DNA from: Octopus sinensis
Lineage: Eukaryota
Assembly: GCF_006345805.1 (NCBI RefSeq)
Contig: NC_042999.1
Coordinates: forward strand, 17,422,001 to 17,486,000
DNA: 64,000 nucleotides
Direction of reading: 5' to 3'
Of this stretch, positions 40,133 to 54,132 are shown piece after piece. Below the pieces are notes generated by a model. It worked only from the letters and a program-made list of their open reading frames with translations. It had not been told where the DNA came from and did not search any database. A program made the translations under genes and the position numbers. Within the stretch, counting starts at the first letter, position 1. Each line of letters starts with the position of its first letter.

Positions 40133-41184
40133 TTCATAACATAAATGTTATCGACAAGCTGAGTCCATGGCGTATGAGCGACACTTCAAAGCTTAAGGGA
40201 AAATGAAAAGAGGAAAAAGTATTCTATTGAGTTCGGATTACAACTCGAAAATGCTCGTTACAAGCGACATGGAACCATCCATATTTCAGGAACTAAGGTA
40301 CTGTATCACAGAGAATACAAACAATTTGTTGGCTACACGTGAAAGTACATTATTTAGGTTCTCTCCCAAGTGATGTAGCATGTTGGTAGATGTAGCAAAT
40401 ACAGTCTATTTACAAGTTTCAGTGTAAAGGCTTGTGAGTCTTCGTGAGGCCAACATTGTCGATCTAAAGATGGTTTTTGCCACAAGAGTCACTCATTGAC
40501 AACAGTACCTTGCATTTTTAATATACTTGTGAGTTCTACTTTCCTGTTCTTGACTCATGAAGCACGATATTCTTTTCCTGAGGCATTTTTGCATGTATTA
40601 CTATCACAAGGAATATATGGGGCAATAATTAAAGCCAATATCTACCCCATTAATTTTACATGTACCCAAATTAAAACACGCTAGCGAAATTCTAGTAGGA
40701 AATATTAGCTTTAGAAATATACCAAAATGTAGAAATAATGATTTACTCTCGTGCAATATTCATGGAGCCCTATATCTGCACCTCATATATATTTTACATT
40801 CTTCTGTCATTTTCTTTCTCTGTTGAAATGAATCATTGTTGACTATAGCTGAAATCTAATAATACCTTTCACAGAATATTAAAATATAAATATTCTGCAT
40901 TCATATTTTATTGTGTGCCAGTGCAACTAAAGTGCATCCGATATTTCAAATATTTTTATAGCAATGTGAATCCCATATACTTTTGTGCATCTCCTTCGAA
41001 CTTAAAATTCAATTACTATTTATATTGCAATGTTGATCTATTACGAATGCAGTTGCAGACCAGTATAATCCGAGATTGATATGAGCAGAGCTTTAGCGAT
41101 ATATTTCATGAGCCACACCAATTTCTCCTTTCTTCAACTTTCCTAAAATATAAAATTGCAATATCTTTTGAAAATTGTTTTTTT

Positions 41185-41485
41185 TTTATCTATGCGTCGT
41201 TTTCAAGCCTAGCCAGGCTCATGAGACCGGTTTCCTGGTTTCTATGACGTATGTGTTCCCCGCAGCAGAACGGGATGCCAGTCCATCGCAGCGTTACTCA
41301 AGAAACAGGAAGAAAGTGTGAGAGAAAGTTGGAGCGAAAGAGTACAACAGGGGTCGCCACCACCGCTACCGAAGCCTCATGTGTTTTCGCTCAATAAACA
41401 CACACAACGCTCAGTCTGGGTATCGAAACCGCGATATTCCGACCGCGAGTTCGCTGCCCTAGCCATTGGGCAATTGCGCATCCAC
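41185..41485 (-). mobile_element. tRNA-derived SINE (family D)
   Basis: Reverse-strand head gtggatgcgcaattgcccaatggctagg...ggtttcgatacccagactgagcgttgtg; tail ...catgagcctggctaggcttgaaaacg. Confidence 0.7.
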
Positions 41486-42470
41486 TCTGAAAAACATATT
41501 GATAACATATTGACAATATATTAGTAACATTAATAGAGGAAGGTTTCCAAATAAAGAACGTCACCTTCGCACCATACAATGTCAAATAAAGATTACTTTA
41601 GAAAAAGACCCATAATGTCTTGGACATTAATATGAACAGTCCAGTTAAAAGATATTGCCCTTGTACGTGCCTAAATCATAATAATTACATAGCACTTGCT
41701 TTACTCTTAATGAGATAACATACTAGATATTTAGACACAAACAGAAATATTATTTTGTTAACAGAAACTCATTTCTATTCCCTGAGCGTTTAGAAATAAT
41801 TAACCATTGCAACTAAATGTTTCTGCGATACAATATATCCCGTATTGCATGCGAACATCTCGTCCCCACGATGTGTTGGTTTTACTTCATCCATAAGTTC
41901 CCTGGGGATACCTTTTTCTACAATTCGACTGCTAAAATTGTTTGGACTTTGTAGATGGCATAGGCGAACAGAGCTTTTTAACTTGTTAATTGATCCACAC
42001 TGCTCCTATATTTATATATATTCCTAGAAAGGCTTCCCTTGTAACGAGATAATATTCTGCTCTTTGAATCAAGAAATCTGATGAACGTACGGTCTCGAAA
42101 CTTCTCAGCAATCTAATTTACCCGCGAACGCACGCGTACGTACATGCATGCATGCATCCATCCATTCATCCATACATACATACGTACATATATACATACA
42201 TACATACATACACAGATACATAGTCACACACATAAATGCAGCGTGCACAAACTATTTCTCTCTTTCTGTCATCACTCAGTTTTATAACAGAACCTAGCCT
42301 TCGGCAATAAACTTAGCGAACTCATCTGACATTTGCAGGCCCCATTTTGTACTATAGTGCATATTGAATCACTAATAGATTCATTTTTGATTTTAGTAGA
42401 AAGAATAGTCTATTAATAACGTTGAACTATTTGTGGTGGTGATATAGCAAATTTATTGCTCTTTACCTCC

Positions 42471-42624
<154 letters not shown>

Positions 42625-43033
42625 GTATGTATGTATGTATAGTCAATGAACTTGCATTAATAGATGCATTGTGAACTGGAAATAAATTATTAGATGAGGA
42701 AATGGCATTCACTTACTTATCCAGTTAATTCAATCGTATCGTTATAGAGATATGATACAAATAGTAATCTTCAGAAATGTTAAATGAGAACACGAATAAG
42801 TAAGTACTAATAAACCGTCTCTGTAAAATCAACTGGTAGTGAACCCTCACTAATTCAAAAGAAGTGATTACTAAATGTCAGTGTTGCACAAAAATACATC
42901 ATTACAATTGACTTGTTTTAATAAAGAAATAACAAGAAAAATGAAATAACACTTGAGATGTTCTAATTCTGAATTTGCATAGAATAATACTGTTTTTTCT
43001 GCGGACATTCATTTTTATTATGCAAAAAACATG

Positions 43034-43651
43034 TTTTTCTACTCTAGGTACAAGGCCCTAATTTTTTTTTGGGGGGGGGGCAGTCGATTAGATCGACCCC
43101 CGTACGCAACTGGTTCTTAATTTGTCGAGCCTGAAAGGATAAAAGGCAACGTCGACCTCGGCGGAATTTGAACTCAGAACGTAGCGGCAGACGAAATACC
43201 TATTTGTTTACTACCCACAAGGGGCTAAACACAGAGAGAACAAACAAGGACAGACAAACGGATTAAGTCGATTATATCGACCCCAGTGCGTAACTGGTAC
43301 TTATTTAATCGAGTCCGAAAGGATGAAAGACAAGGTTGACCTCGGCAGAAATTGAACTCAGAATGGGAAGATAGACGAAATATCTGTTTCTTTATTACCC
43401 ACACGGGTAAACATAGAGGACGACAAACAAGGACAGACAAACAGATTAAGTCGATTATATCGACCCCAGTGCGTAACTGGTGCTTATTTAATCGACCCCG
43501 AAAGGATGAAAGGTAAAATCGACCTCGGCGGAATTTGAATTGAGAACGTTATGGCAGACGAAATACCTATTTCTTTACTACCCACAACGGCCGACGAAAT
43601 ACAGCCAAGCATTTCGCCCGGTGTGCTAACGTTTCTGGCAGCTCACCGCCT
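43034..43651 (-). mobile_element. SINE family A concatemer (head, 20-nt stub, three bodies)
   Basis: Junctions at 43199/43200, 43383/43384 and 43566/43567; the terminal unit has the type 2 tail. Confidence 0.92.
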
Positions 43652-44489
43652 TATTTTTTCTATATAAATATTGATATCTCGTTTTTGGATTTCGCGTGCA
43701 AGATTCGTTATGTGAGTTCGCGTGTCTATAAACTCGTGCAAAAAAACTAAGCCTGAAACACGTTGATGCAAAGTAATCCTTTTAATTATACAGCTGAGCC
43801 TGTGCCTATGTTTTATAGAATATTTAATATTGTTTTGAAAGTGAAGGAATTCACTACAGCTGCACAAATTCAGTTCACTCATAAATATAATGACCTATAA
43901 ATGACGATCTTTTAAACACTACGTTTCTATATTTTCTGTGTCCTCAAGATATAATATCATAGCTTCTATATTATTGCTATATCAGAACAGATTATATTTT
44001 TATTTGAAAATAAAAATTCATGTGTCATTTTATTAAAGAACGTCAAGTTATTAAACTGTCAAACTCAACATAAAGATATATTTTATTCGAATATTAATTG
44101 TGAGACAAGCGAGTGTTATTTTCACCAAGTAAATTTAATGTGACTCAGAGGTTCTCAATCTAGCCACTCCTTAGTCGAAAGATGACAGGATGTTAGATAG
44201 ACATAGCACAAATCAATAAATTTGCTAAATATAAATTCACACATTTTATATTTAAGTATTTACAAATGTGTCAATTCTTTCAATTCTTGTTGAATATTGG
44301 CAACGCCATTCCTTTTCTTTCCTGCTTTATTTATCGATTTTACCCGAGTTTTAAAGTGTTTCCTTTATTTCTCCGTGTTTTTAAATGACATAAAAAAATA
44401 GAGTTAGTTTCGGTCAAAATCTCAAATCCACGATAATATATTCCACATGCTTTAATATTAAATAATTTAGAACTGAGTTAGGTATTGGA

Positions 44490-45080
44490 TTATTACTGGT
44501 TTCAAATTTTGGCAAAAGAACTGTAATTCAGGGGAAGTGTACTTATTTTATCGAGCCTTAAAGGATGAAAAACAAAACCAACCAGGGTAGAATTTGAACT
44601 CAGAATATTAAGACAGAGGAAATGCCGCTACACATGGTCTCAAGGGTGCTTACGATTCTTATTTCTTTATTGGCACAAAGGGCTAAACAAAGAGGCGGCA
44701 AACAAGGACAGACACAGTGATTAAATCAATTATATCGACCCCAGTGCGTAACTGGTACTTATTTAATCGACCCCGAAAGGAAGAAAGGCAAGGTCGACCT
44801 AGGCGGAATTTGAAATCAGAACGTAGCGGCAGACGAAATACCTATTTCTATTTCTTTACTACCCACAAGGGGCTAAAGACAGAGGGGAGAAACGAGGACA
44901 GACAAACGGATTAAGTCGATTATATCGACCCCAGTGCTTAACTGATACTTATTTAATCGACCCCGAAAGGATGAAAGGCAAAGTCGACCTCGGCAGAATT
45001 TGAACAGAGAACATAGCGGCAGACGAAATACGGCTAAGCATTTCGCCCGGCGTGCTAACGTTTCTGCCGGCTCGCCGCCT
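44490..45080 (-). mobile_element. SINE family A dimer (44660-45080) abutting an older decayed family A copy (~44490-44659)
   Basis: Junction gaaatac|ctatttc at 44841/44842. Confidence 0.88.
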
Positions 45081-45584
45081 TACCACGTGCATTATATTGA
45101 CAAGGAAAGCCATCGTATAATGTTAAACATCATCAATGAATAGTGAAATAGCATCTGACAGAAGCTATAACGAGCAGGCTCATTCATTTGCAAAACTAGA
45201 AAACAAAATATTATTAGGTAACATTAAAAAGAAAATATGGAATGATATGCTTTCATGTTACAAATAATCAGATAGCGAAATTTGGGTGTGAATTCTCTAC
45301 AAATACTAAATATTAAACATTAGCAATTTGCCTATATTTCTTCCTGAAATTGATCAATTAGTAAGAGACAATTAATTGTCTTCATCAACACGCTCTTTAA
45401 GGTGTAGCTTATTTATGAGTATGGTTAATGTCATCAGTAGTGATTACCTTAAACACTATCAACCGCTCTACAGCAATTCGTTTCTTATTACAACACGTTC
45501 ATACATCGACATGCTATCGGCTGTATTCTCGAATTCTGATGAGATACCACACGACATGCCGCTGTTGTTTTCGTTGTTCGTTAA

Positions 45585-45728
45585 TACTACAACAACAACA
45601 ACAACTACTACTACTACTACTCCTGCTGCTGCTGCTGATACTATTACTACTACCTCGACTGCTACTACTTCTACAACTAATACTACTACAGTTGTTGTAA
45701 CCGCCGTTACCGCCACCACCACCACCAA

Positions 45729-45766
<38 letters not shown>

Positions 45767-45768
45767 TT
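45585..45768. repeat. (CTA)n/(CAA)n/(CCA)n microsatellite
   Basis: Visible; source of the poly-T/V ORFs. Confidence 0.9.
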
Positions 45769-46622
45769 TACATATTTCTTGCTTGGTTCATAAGAGCTGT
45801 TTCAAGACAGCCAACAAGTTGGATGTTTTAATATGGCAGCTATTTAAGATGAGCAAATATATACTGTACAGGAAGACGACTTGGATCTCACAAGTAAAAA
45901 TCTATTGAGTATTTAGTATTTTGTAAAAGTGTTAAGAAAATCAGGTATGTTCAAGTTGACAACCTCTTTAGCTGTACGTCAATAGTAACAACGAGAATGA
46001 TTATTTTTTGTGTGGTTCTGATACTTCGGGGTGCCCTAGTATACTCTTTAAGAGCGCCGTTTGATACTGTACCCAAAGTTCCGATGGTCAGAAATACAGT
46101 TGTTCTCTGATGCCACATTTTGAGAACACTATATCAATACACTTATATTTACTTTAATTCCCATATGGTGTTTCCAGTTTAACAGTTTGCAGGGTTGACA
46201 TGTCTATGAACAGATATGTTTTGACAACGTGATTTTGTTTTTACCAGTATATCTGGTTTATCGGATTTCATTGAATGATCAGTTTGGAAGATAAAGTGTC
46301 AAGGTAGGGGGATATAATTAGTTATTAAATCTTTTAAAAACTTTAAATTCTAAAAATGGTTGGAACTTAGTTGCCAACCCAATATATAAATATATATTTT
46401 TGTGTCTGGAGAGAGTCATTCTGTTCGTGTGTTTTATTATTTAACACACTAATTCCTAGGAACAATAATTAAGTAAATGAATGGAAACTTTACCGGCGTT
46501 TGTGTTAAAGAATACGGCACTATAGGAGAATTATGTTTCAACACACGAACTCACATTAAGAATCTTGCAAACACATTACCAAAACAAAGAGTATATATAT
46601 ACATACATACATATATATATAT

Positions 46623-46723
<101 letters not shown>

Positions 46724-47109
46724 TATAGCTTTCACCTTATTTACAAAGTGACCATTTATTTCATGCAGGTAAATAGGTACCGGTTTGTCTGCACGGTATT
46801 GAATATTTTCAGATTGTAGCCGCACACTTTGTGGTTAGATTCTTTTATACACCAACTTCAGTTATTGACAACTGTCATTAACTGCACTTGGACAGTGCAT
46901 TCTGTGTGAAATCTGGTACAAGCAAGCCAAACATTGGTTTCTATACATACTTGCATACATACATGCATACATACACACGCACATACATACATATAATGCA
47001 CGCACATACACGCACATACATTCAAGTTTATATGTGTCCATATGTGAGCAAATGAATTTTCGCACAGTTTCTTTCTAATAACTTACGCCATTATCCCATT
47101 TCTCTCGCT

Positions 47110-47110
47110 C

Positions 47111-47144
<34 letters not shown>

Positions 47145-47145
47145 A

Positions 47146-47197
<52 letters not shown>

Positions 47198-47289
47198 GTA
47201 TATCTATCTAACTAACTCTCTATCTATATATCTATCTATCTATCTGCCTGTCTGTTTATCTATCTATATGTCTATCTGTCTGTCTGTCC

Positions 47290-47338
<49 letters not shown>

Positions 47339-47542
47339 AACCTATCTATCTGTATATCTATCTAACTTTATATCTATATATCTATCTATCTATCTATCTG
47401 CCTGTCTGTTTATCTATCTATATGTCTATCTGTCTGTCTGTCATTATCAATCTATCTTTCTATCTTTCTATCGATATATCTATTTGTCTATCTATCTACC
47501 TATCTAACTGTCTCGCTCTCTCTCTCTCTCTCTCTCTCCGTC

Positions 47543-47585
<43 letters not shown>

Positions 47586-47592
47586 TATATAT
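47110..47592. repeat. (TATC)n/(TC)n/(TA)n microsatellite
   Basis: Visible. Confidence 0.95.
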
Positions 47593-48367
47593 GTCATAAA
47601 TGAATATGCACATATGTGTAATTTACATAAATATTATATAGTTATGTATGTCCACGAAAGATGCAGCCACCGCAAAGAAAACAAAAGTCAACCGGACAGA
47701 ATTTGGAAATATGATTTGAAGCAACAAAATCCAGAAACAGTGTATTGTGACAGTGGAAGAGTGACCGAGAGGAGAGAAAAGTATCTCTCGTAAAACACAT
47801 TTGTACAATACGCTACTTAAGATCGCGTGATGAGTGAAAAGCTAAGCAACGACTCTGCACGTTTCTTACATGAATCAAAATCGAAAATCAGAAGTTGAGA
47901 AATTTCTGTAGAAGCACTTAATACAGAGTAGTAAATACACCGTAATTGTGAATTATCTATCAGTGCAGTGTGAAGAAGCTTAATGGCATGCCGTCTATCA
48001 CACGCACCGCACACATCCACGTATATGTACATAAATGCGTGCACATATACTTACATATATACATGCATACACGTTATGTACACATACATACAGGCATACA
48101 TACATAAATATATAGACGCATACATTCAAAATTTCGCGCACGTACACGTAATATCTGGTTATATACGTACTTCTGAAGTACAAGACTGAGAAATGAAACA
48201 GCGTAGGTAATGACCTTGGAGATGAAACACAGACGTCATATACTCGTGTGAGTAAACGTTATTTACAGACAGACAGACACACATGAATATTGTTTATTTC
48301 TTTCGAAAACAGTTTTTTTTTACTCGATTGGTTGTAAGTCCTCAGTTCGAACCAGTTATGTTCGACA

Positions 48368-48421
<54 letters not shown>

Positions 48422-48479
48422 ACACATACACACACACACACACACACAAACACATATATATATATGTATATATATATAT

Positions 48480-48690
48480 ATGTATCTATATGCTTGTGTG
48501 TCTGTGTTTGTACACCCACCATCGCTTACGATGGATGCTGGTGTGTTTACGTCCCCGTTACTAGCGCTTCATCAAAAGAGACCGATAGAATAAATACTAT
48601 GCTTACAAAGAATAACTACTGGGATCGACTTGTTCGACTAAAGCGGTGCTCCAGCATGGCCGCAGTTCAATGACTGAAACAATAAAAGAA
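48480..48690 (+). mobile_element. SINE family B 3' half
   Basis: ccaccatcgctt...gctggtgtgtttacgtccccgt...ctccagcatggccgcagttcaatgactgaaac. Confidence 0.82.
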
Positions 48691-48799
48691 TATATATATA
48701 TATATATTAGACTCTTATACCGTAGATTATTTCAGTTAATAGATTTAAGCCATTCTGGAATAACTTCGTATTATTTATAAATATATTCATAACTTCTTT

Positions 48800-50340
48800 C
48801 TACAGTTTTGTTACACTTTTATTGCTAGAAGTTCGTCTCTAATTGAAGACATAGCAGATGACGTTTCTTGTCTCTTTTTATAGTTGCCCGGCATTCCGTT
48901 TAGGAGTTCATCGAATGATTTCTTGAATATTTTAATAGAAGCCCCTTATATATTTGTGATTTCTTTAGGCATGCAGTTGTACACCGTAGGACCTCTAAAT
49001 ATCAGATTGTTGCAGTGTAGTGTCTTTGATCATTATTTTGAATGTGGCATATATTTGTAAAATCCAGTGGAATCTATTATGTATAGCATTAAATATTTCT
49101 TTAATGCCTTCCCAAGATCGTCCATACATATATAGCGCCATATTTCTCCCTACGTCGTTGAAGAAAGTAGACCCGTTGAGCATAGCGATTTTCCCACCAA
49201 TTATGTTCGTTATCCGAAATTATCTTGCGAATATTCTCAGTAAATTTTGTGAATGCATTTGGAGAATAAGTCTACGAGCAGTAATCTGGTCAGGTTAAAA
49301 CTAAGCCTTTCCATAGAGTCAATATAGCCAAATGGTCTCGTGTTATGAAGATTACGAGGATCAGATTTCAGCTTATATAAGTAAAATCGGTGATGTTTCC
49401 GATGAAAGACGCATCGTGTGAAATCACAACGACGCTTAAGTCTCGTATTTAATTTGAACGTTCAGTTGTGCTTTGTGTTGTGAAATAATTTGTTATGAGC
49501 ATGTCAATTCCATAATGAAAAGTTTGAAATTTTCATGTTTCGAATTACACTCTCTGTTTTCATCTGCCCATCGATAGATCAGTTTTAATTAACTGTGGTG
49601 AGAGGCAGCGTCTTCTGCAGTTTGGATAGCAATCGAAACGTTTGTATCATAGGCGTACCTCATTACAAATGATTTTAACTTGCAGTAACAGAATTATTCT
49701 TACACTGTAAAAAGATCGAGGAACTGTTCTCTGAGTTTCCTTGGATGCCAAGTTCTCTTAACCTATTATAGATCATGCCCCGATGAATTGCGTCTGCTTT
49801 TAACAAAATGAAGATATATGGTGTCAGTGAACATTCTATTCAGAAGATTATTACTGATTGTGTTATGGGACTGTAGTAGTTGTGTCATCTAACGCCTTCC
49901 TGCTAAAAATTCTCGCTATCTATTGTCTGAGAGATTGCTTATATCCAGATATTCGACTATTCTCTTTTGGACATTGGGTTCATATATCATAACTGTGTGA
50001 GAAGCGACAGAATCTGCTTTATAAATTTTTGCTGAGGCCTCGCTACTTCCTACATGTATAAGTGTTATTGTTCCAACAATTCTGAGGATATGATGGTTTC
50101 TTCGGTCTTTTGGGATAAAATCTTTAACAATTTGGCTTGGTTGTTTTTGCACGTTTCTTTATAATATGGTTGGAAGACCATCTGGTCGCGGTGCTTAGTT
50201 TATATCCAAATCATTAAAAAGCGTCAATTACAACCGCCTCTTTCTTATTTTTTTAATTTCTAGGCATGCCTCTGCAGTTTATTTCTGGGGATTGAAAAAT
50301 TCATTTGGAATATGTTAGATTTTGTTCATTTTAAGTTGGG
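48800..50340 (-). mobile_element. Highly decayed CR1/Jockey-group LINE RT remnant
   Basis: Reverse-strand remnants in the expected order: APRPDGLP (~50170), YAYDT (YADD, ~49650) and GPTVYNCMPKEITNI...IFKKSFDELL (~48990-48900). Confidence 0.6.
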
Positions 50341-50356
50341 ACCATTGACTGTTATA

Positions 50357-50481
50357 CATTCAGCTGTAGAAACTCTGCCAGATCAGACTGGAGCCTGGTG
50401 CAGCCTCCTAGCTTCCCAGACCCCGGTCAAACCGTCCAACCCATGCTAGCATGGAAAACGGACGTTAAACGATGATGATGA
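50357..50481 (+). mobile_element. 3' tail of an RTE-type LINE/SINE ending in (GAT)n
   Basis: cagctgtagaaactctgcc...aaaccgtccaacccatgctagcatggaaaacggacgttaaacgatgatgatg; clade assigned from recall only. Confidence 0.6.
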
Positions 50482-50494
50482 TATACATACGTAC

Positions 50495-50529
<35 letters not shown>

Positions 50530-50534
<5 letters not shown>

Positions 50535-50740
50535 CTTTACTACCCACAAGGGGCTAAACACAGAGGGGACAAACAAGGACAGACACACGGATTAAGTCGA
50601 TTACATCGCCCCGAGTGCGTTACTGGTGCTTAATTTATCGACCGCGAAAGGATGAAAAGCAAAGTCGACCTCAACGGAATTTGAACCCAGAACGTAACGG
50701 CAGACGAAATACGGCTACGCATTCCGCCTGGCGTGCTAAA
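50530..50740 (-). mobile_element. SINE family A (Tx1-like tail) inserted in (TA)n
   Basis: tatttctttactacccacaaggggctaaacacagaggggacaaac...; slightly 5'-truncated. Confidence 0.9.
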
Positions 50741-50750
50741 CATATATATA

Positions 50751-50785
<35 letters not shown>

Positions 50786-51103
50786 TGTATGTATGTATTC
50801 ATAGGGCTAATCGGATTGTGAATTCTTAATTTTTGTCTAGCAAAGTGAAAGAACATAAGATTAGACATTATATTTTCCACTGCACGTCTTCATTTAGCAA
50901 GCTTTATTTTCAATAGATGTCCTCGAGGCCACTTCAAGGTCCTTCCTCTCTGAGAGGGTAACGTTGGTAGCGCTGTACCTCTTTGATGTATTAGTAGCAG
51001 CAGTAACCGTTGTTGTTGTTATAGTAATGGTATCGATGGCTGCTTTTAAACTATCATCATTGTGACTAACGGTGTCAATGGTAGCAATGGTAGTGCAAGT
51101 ACC

Positions 51104-51336
51104 TATTTCTTTACTACCCACAAGGGGCTAAACACACAGAGGACAAACTAGGACAGACAAACGGATTAAGTCGATTATATCGACCCCAGTGCGTAACTGG
51201 TACTTATTTAATCGACCCCGAAAGGATGAAAGGCAAAGTCGTCCTCGGCGGAATTTGAACTCAGAACGTAGCGGCAGACGAAATACCGCAAAGCATTTCG
51301 CCCGGCGTGCTATCGTTTCTGCCAGCTCGCCGCCTT
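51104..51336 (-). mobile_element. Full-length SINE family A with 17-bp TSD
   Basis: TSD atggtagtgcaagtacc (51087-51103) / atggtagtgctagtacc (51337-51353) defines the element ends. Confidence 0.95.
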
Positions 51337-51805
51337 ATGGTAGTGCTAGTACCGGTTGTAGTAACAGGTAAATAATGGCGTGTTATAACATCGAGGCCAT
51401 TGTCCCAATAAATAGCAGCAGGTGGTGGTGGGAGAAGGATGTCAGTTTGAACTTTTAACCTGTTATTAGAAACCAGTCCAATGTTCGAATTTGTTGTCTG
51501 GTAGTCCGTATTTAAGCTCTAAAATGGCAAAGCATTTTGCTCATTGCCGTAAACATTCTGACAAAATAATTATTGATTCCAAATACATCCCTACGTAAGT
51601 AAATTAGTTGGGTGGCCACTAGTCGGTTATATTGACCCTTTAGTAGACTGGTACTTTACTTTATTGCGAGCGGAATAATGAAATTAAGATTGACCTGGGT
51701 TCGAACACAGCTCAGAGCTTAATGGATCGAAAATAGATAGCGCAAAACAATTTTTTCCCCAGAAGCAATAATCATTCTGACAAATATATATATACATAAA
51801 TATTG

Positions 51806-52038
51806 AAGGCGGTGAGCTGGCAGAACCGTTAGCACGCCGGGCGAAATGCGTAGCCGTATTTCGTCTGTCGTTACGTTCCGAGCTCAAATTTCGCCGAGGT
51901 CGACTTTGCCTCTCATCCTTTCGGGGTGATAAATTAAGTACCAGTTGCGCACTGGGGTCAATATAATCGACTTAATCCGTTTGTCTGTCCTTGTTTGTCA
52001 TCTCTATGTTTTGCTCCTTGTGGATTGTGAAGAAATAT
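51806..52038 (+). mobile_element. SINE family A monomer
   Basis: aaggcggtgagctggcagaa...ttgtggattgtgaagaaata. Confidence 0.9.
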
Positions 52039-53099
52039 ATAATTTACGTTACATTTAGGAAAGAAATGATATATAAAATACAACAGTCTTTGTAATAATT
52101 GAGTTGAAGCTTACGCGAAATATTGAACACTTACTTCGGAAACATCTACCACAATCGTTCTCTTAAAGCTTCGTCTTTTCCTATATTCACAACAAGAAGA
52201 AAGTATCCATTAGCAAACGAATTTTCCACATATTTGTTTCAATATGAGATTGTTAGGGTGTGAACAAGAAGGCTACACTTTTCTGTTCCGAAGTGAGTAA
52301 TATTGCTTTCAAAATATTATTATCAATATTATGTAACTTTGTTTTAATATTCTGTCATTTCCTTTTGTTGAAGGAATAGAGGTGATTTATTTTTCTTTTC
52401 TGTTTTGTATTGAATGGTTCTCATCATAATTGCTTGATCGCAATCAGGTAAATTAAGGCTACAGACCTCATAAAAACATTCGGAGAAAAGGCACTTCCAA
52501 TGACAACTGTTTAAGCATTCTCTGGAATGTAATTACAGGAAAATCGATGGCTACCTTTTGTTTCCTTATTGGAACGTGTTCATTAAGAGTTATATGAAAT
52601 ACTGAACTTGAAGAAAATAAAAAAAAAGAAAGACTAATGTAATTTAATGAACCAGATCCGTTATATATTTTTATTACTTGTGATTGATGATTTTAAAATT
52701 GATCGCTTGTTTGAATGTTTCAGTAAAATGAAATTAACACAGAACATAGTGTAAATTTTTTTTTCGTTCGTTTTCATTTTACGAACTATTGGGAAATGTA
52801 TCGCTAATATTTGTATTTTGATGCGATACGCTATTGGATCCAGTGTGATAAAATATTGGAATGTATATATATTTGACAAAAATTAAGATGACTGGCTTAT
52901 GTAATTTTCTTTCTTACAAGTCTCACACTATGTGGAATATGAAACTGAAATATATTTAAAGGAAATAAAATTATTAACGAAGCAATATTTCGAAGCAAAA
53001 TTGTCAAAAATGCATTACGAAATATATCTCTTATACACTATATGTGTGCGTCTGTGTGTATGTTTCTGTGTGTATGTGTGAGTTATTTTATATTGTACA

Positions 53100-53117
53100 T
53101 ATATCAATAGATACATA

Positions 53118-53161
<44 letters not shown>

Positions 53162-53188
53162 TATATATAAAGATATATATATATATAC

Positions 53189-53276
<88 letters not shown>

Positions 53277-53287
53277 ATATATATATT

Positions 53288-53319
<32 letters not shown>

Positions 53320-53430
53320 GATATATATATATATATATACATATATATACAAATATATACATACATACATGTATATATATGTATACATATATATTCATAC
53401 ACACACACACGCACAAACACATATACATTA
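53100..53430. repeat. (TA)n microsatellite field
   Basis: Visible. Confidence 0.95.
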
Positions 53431-54132
53431 TGGTTTATGGAACGCAAAATATTTTCGCTAAGAATTTAGGCATTCACCTATTACTATTTCTACGCATCTA
53501 GATAAGAGTGATATATAATAAAGTTACGGTCAATTTAAGAAGTGGAATTTCGAAACGAAAAATTAAAGAAAAGAAAAAAAATCTCTTATAGCAAATTAAT
53601 TTTACTTTTAACTCGAAGCGTTTAAATAGCAGGACAGATCTGATGCAAGAGAAAAAGCTGATGACGTGCAGTAATCATAATTAATACTGAGCTTAGAATA
53701 TACCAGATAATTACTGTGAATAGTGTTCAATGATTTGTTATTTAAAGCAAAGACAATTGCGTACACGTAATTAGCAATAAAGCGTTGCGTATGATACGTA
53801 GACCTCATTTTCTCTCTCTCTCACTCACTTTTCTGTACCAGTTGGCACTGTGGGTAAAACAAAATACAATAAGATCATTTAATTATGACTTATTCATCAT
53901 ATTTCCCTCTCACATTAACACACTTATTTTAGCGGTCCTTCAAGCTGTACTGAGGTTCCAACCAGACATAAAGGACCGGTACTCATAAAGCCAGGAAACT
54001 TTTAGCATCCTCTCGCTTATGCGTGTATACAGATTTGCACGCGCACGCACACACACTCGCATATGTATATATATATATGTGTGTGTGTGTACATATATAT
54101 ATATAATATTATATATATATATATATATATAT

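Noticed and set aside
42078-42108. CTGATGA...CGAAAC...TC hammerhead-like string
   Set aside because: Stem II and helix I do not pair; could be chance or an unrecognisable relic.
43034-43651. Retrozyme (ribozyme-driven rolling circle) explanation for the SINE concatemers
   Set aside because: No CUGANGA/GAAA core on either strand of the unit. The TSD-flanked 20-nt stub and mixed tail types favour nested insertion.
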